From: a virus
Lineage: Duplodnaviria > Caudoviricetes
Reading direction: 5' to 3' (one strand)
DNA length: 35,811 nt
Virus record (IMG/VR): IMGVR_UViG_3300032087_006369
Span: 1 to 35,811 of that record
Shown: positions 35,201 to 35,811 of the stretch, in pieces
Numbering within the stretch: position 1 is the first letter of the stretch
Layout: each line of letters opens with the position of its first letter
Translations under genes and position numbers: made by a program
Notes under the pieces: model-generated
The model's database searches: none
What the model was told of the DNA's origin: nothing
What the model saw: only the letters and a program-made list of their open reading frames with translations

Positions 35201-35760
35201 TAATAGGATTAACTGGTTTAGCAAGAAGTGGGAAAGATTCATTCTTTAATTTTGCAAAAAATTATTTAATCAAAAATGATTTTAAAATTAAAAAGTATGC
35301 ATTTGCTGATGCCCTAAAAAAAGAATGTGAAGAATTTATATACAATAATACAGGAATCTCTGTCTTCACAGAAGATTCTTATGAAAAAAATTTAATAAGA
35401 CCAACTTTGGTAGCTTACGGAACTCATTTAAGGAGAATGATTGATCCAGATTGTTGGATTAAAAAAATATCTAAATCTGTCGAAGAAGATGAAAAGAATG
35501 ATCATATTATTTTTATAACAGATGTAAGATACCCCAATGAACTTGAATGGATAAAGTCAATCGGCGGATCAATTATACATATTTCAAAAGAAGGAAATTT
35601 ATGCCCTAATGCAGAGGAGAATAACAACGATCCAATTTTAAAAAAACTTTCTTCTTTTATTTTTTCTTGGGAGCCATTTGATAAAAACCCAAACGCAGAA
35701 AAATCTGTACATCATTTTTTTGAAAAAAACTTTAAATTTAAAAATGAATCCTACAATTGA
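35197..35760 (+). CDS. Deoxynucleoside monophosphate kinase (T4 gp1 / T5 dNMP kinase-like)
   Basis: MIIGLTGLARSGKDS P-loop, AFADALK, R..L...GT, ITDVRYPNE. Confidence 0.88.
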   Translation: MIIGLTGLARSGKDSFFNFAKNYLIKNDFKIKKYAFADALKKECEEFIYNNTGISVFTEDSYEKNLIRPTLVAYGTHLRRMIDPDCWIKKISKSVEEDEKNDHIIFITDVRYPNELEWIKSIGGSIIHISKEGNLCPNAEENNNDPILKKLSSFIFSWEPFDKNPNAEKSVHHFFEKNFKFKNESYN

Positions 35761-35811
35761 TCAAGACATAAGTGACGAACAGTTAATCAATAACATTAAA
35801 AATAATATTCT
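35744..35811 (+). CDS. 5' end of a truncated ORF (MNPTIDQDISDEQLINNIKNNI...), possibly a sigma-factor-like protein
   Basis: ATG overlaps the end of the kinase gene and the frame is open to the window edge; SDEQLI..IK resembles sigma70/ECF N-termini, but only 22 codons are visible. Confidence 0.35.
   Translation, partial: MNPTIDQDISDEQLINNIKNNI

Noticed and set aside
1-35811. Stop-codon reassignment
   Set aside because: Genes are full length in the standard code, and TAA, TAG and TGA all end genes at junctions with the next start.
1-35811. Host assignment from weak Shine-Dalgarno usage and AT richness
   Set aside because: The signal is compatible with several phyla and cannot be resolved from this window.
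1-35811. tRNA, rRNA, integrase/att sites, transposases, contractile sheath genes
   Set aside because: None recognised; intergenic gaps are too short or too AT-rich for structured RNA genes, and the tip genes are of the non-contractile lambda type.

Overview
AT-rich segment of a large long-tailed (siphovirus-like) dsDNA phage read in the standard genetic code. Bases 1-27184 (+ strand) are the tail module: the 3' end of a tail-tube gene, an intrinsic terminator, a 3307-aa tape measure protein (TMP), two tube-like paralogues, then a lambda-like tail-tip series (tandem gpM-like, gpL, JAB-only gpK, gpI, a 2805-aa gpJ-like central fibre), an unlisted 51-aa coiled-coil ORF and a 1095-aa orphan. Bases 27201-34200 (- strand) are a tightly packed 8-gene glycan cluster (five glycosyltransferase-like genes, two SAM methyltransferases, UDP-galactopyranose mutase) with no obvious membrane components. 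Bases 34339-35811 (+ strand) hold a sigma70-type promoter, a hypothetical gene, dUTPase, a dNMP kinase and a truncated ORF. The most striking observation is inside the TMP: seven copies of a G-x-[IV]-P-N-[FYA]-like motif delimit six 64-154 aa cassettes. One cassette looks like a normally free-standing WYL/SH3-barrel phage protein, and the first and last resemble each other. This suggests a TMP polyprotein carrying exchangeable, possibly cleavable cargo for delivery into the host. All family assignments are by eye from motifs and synteny; no database search was run.
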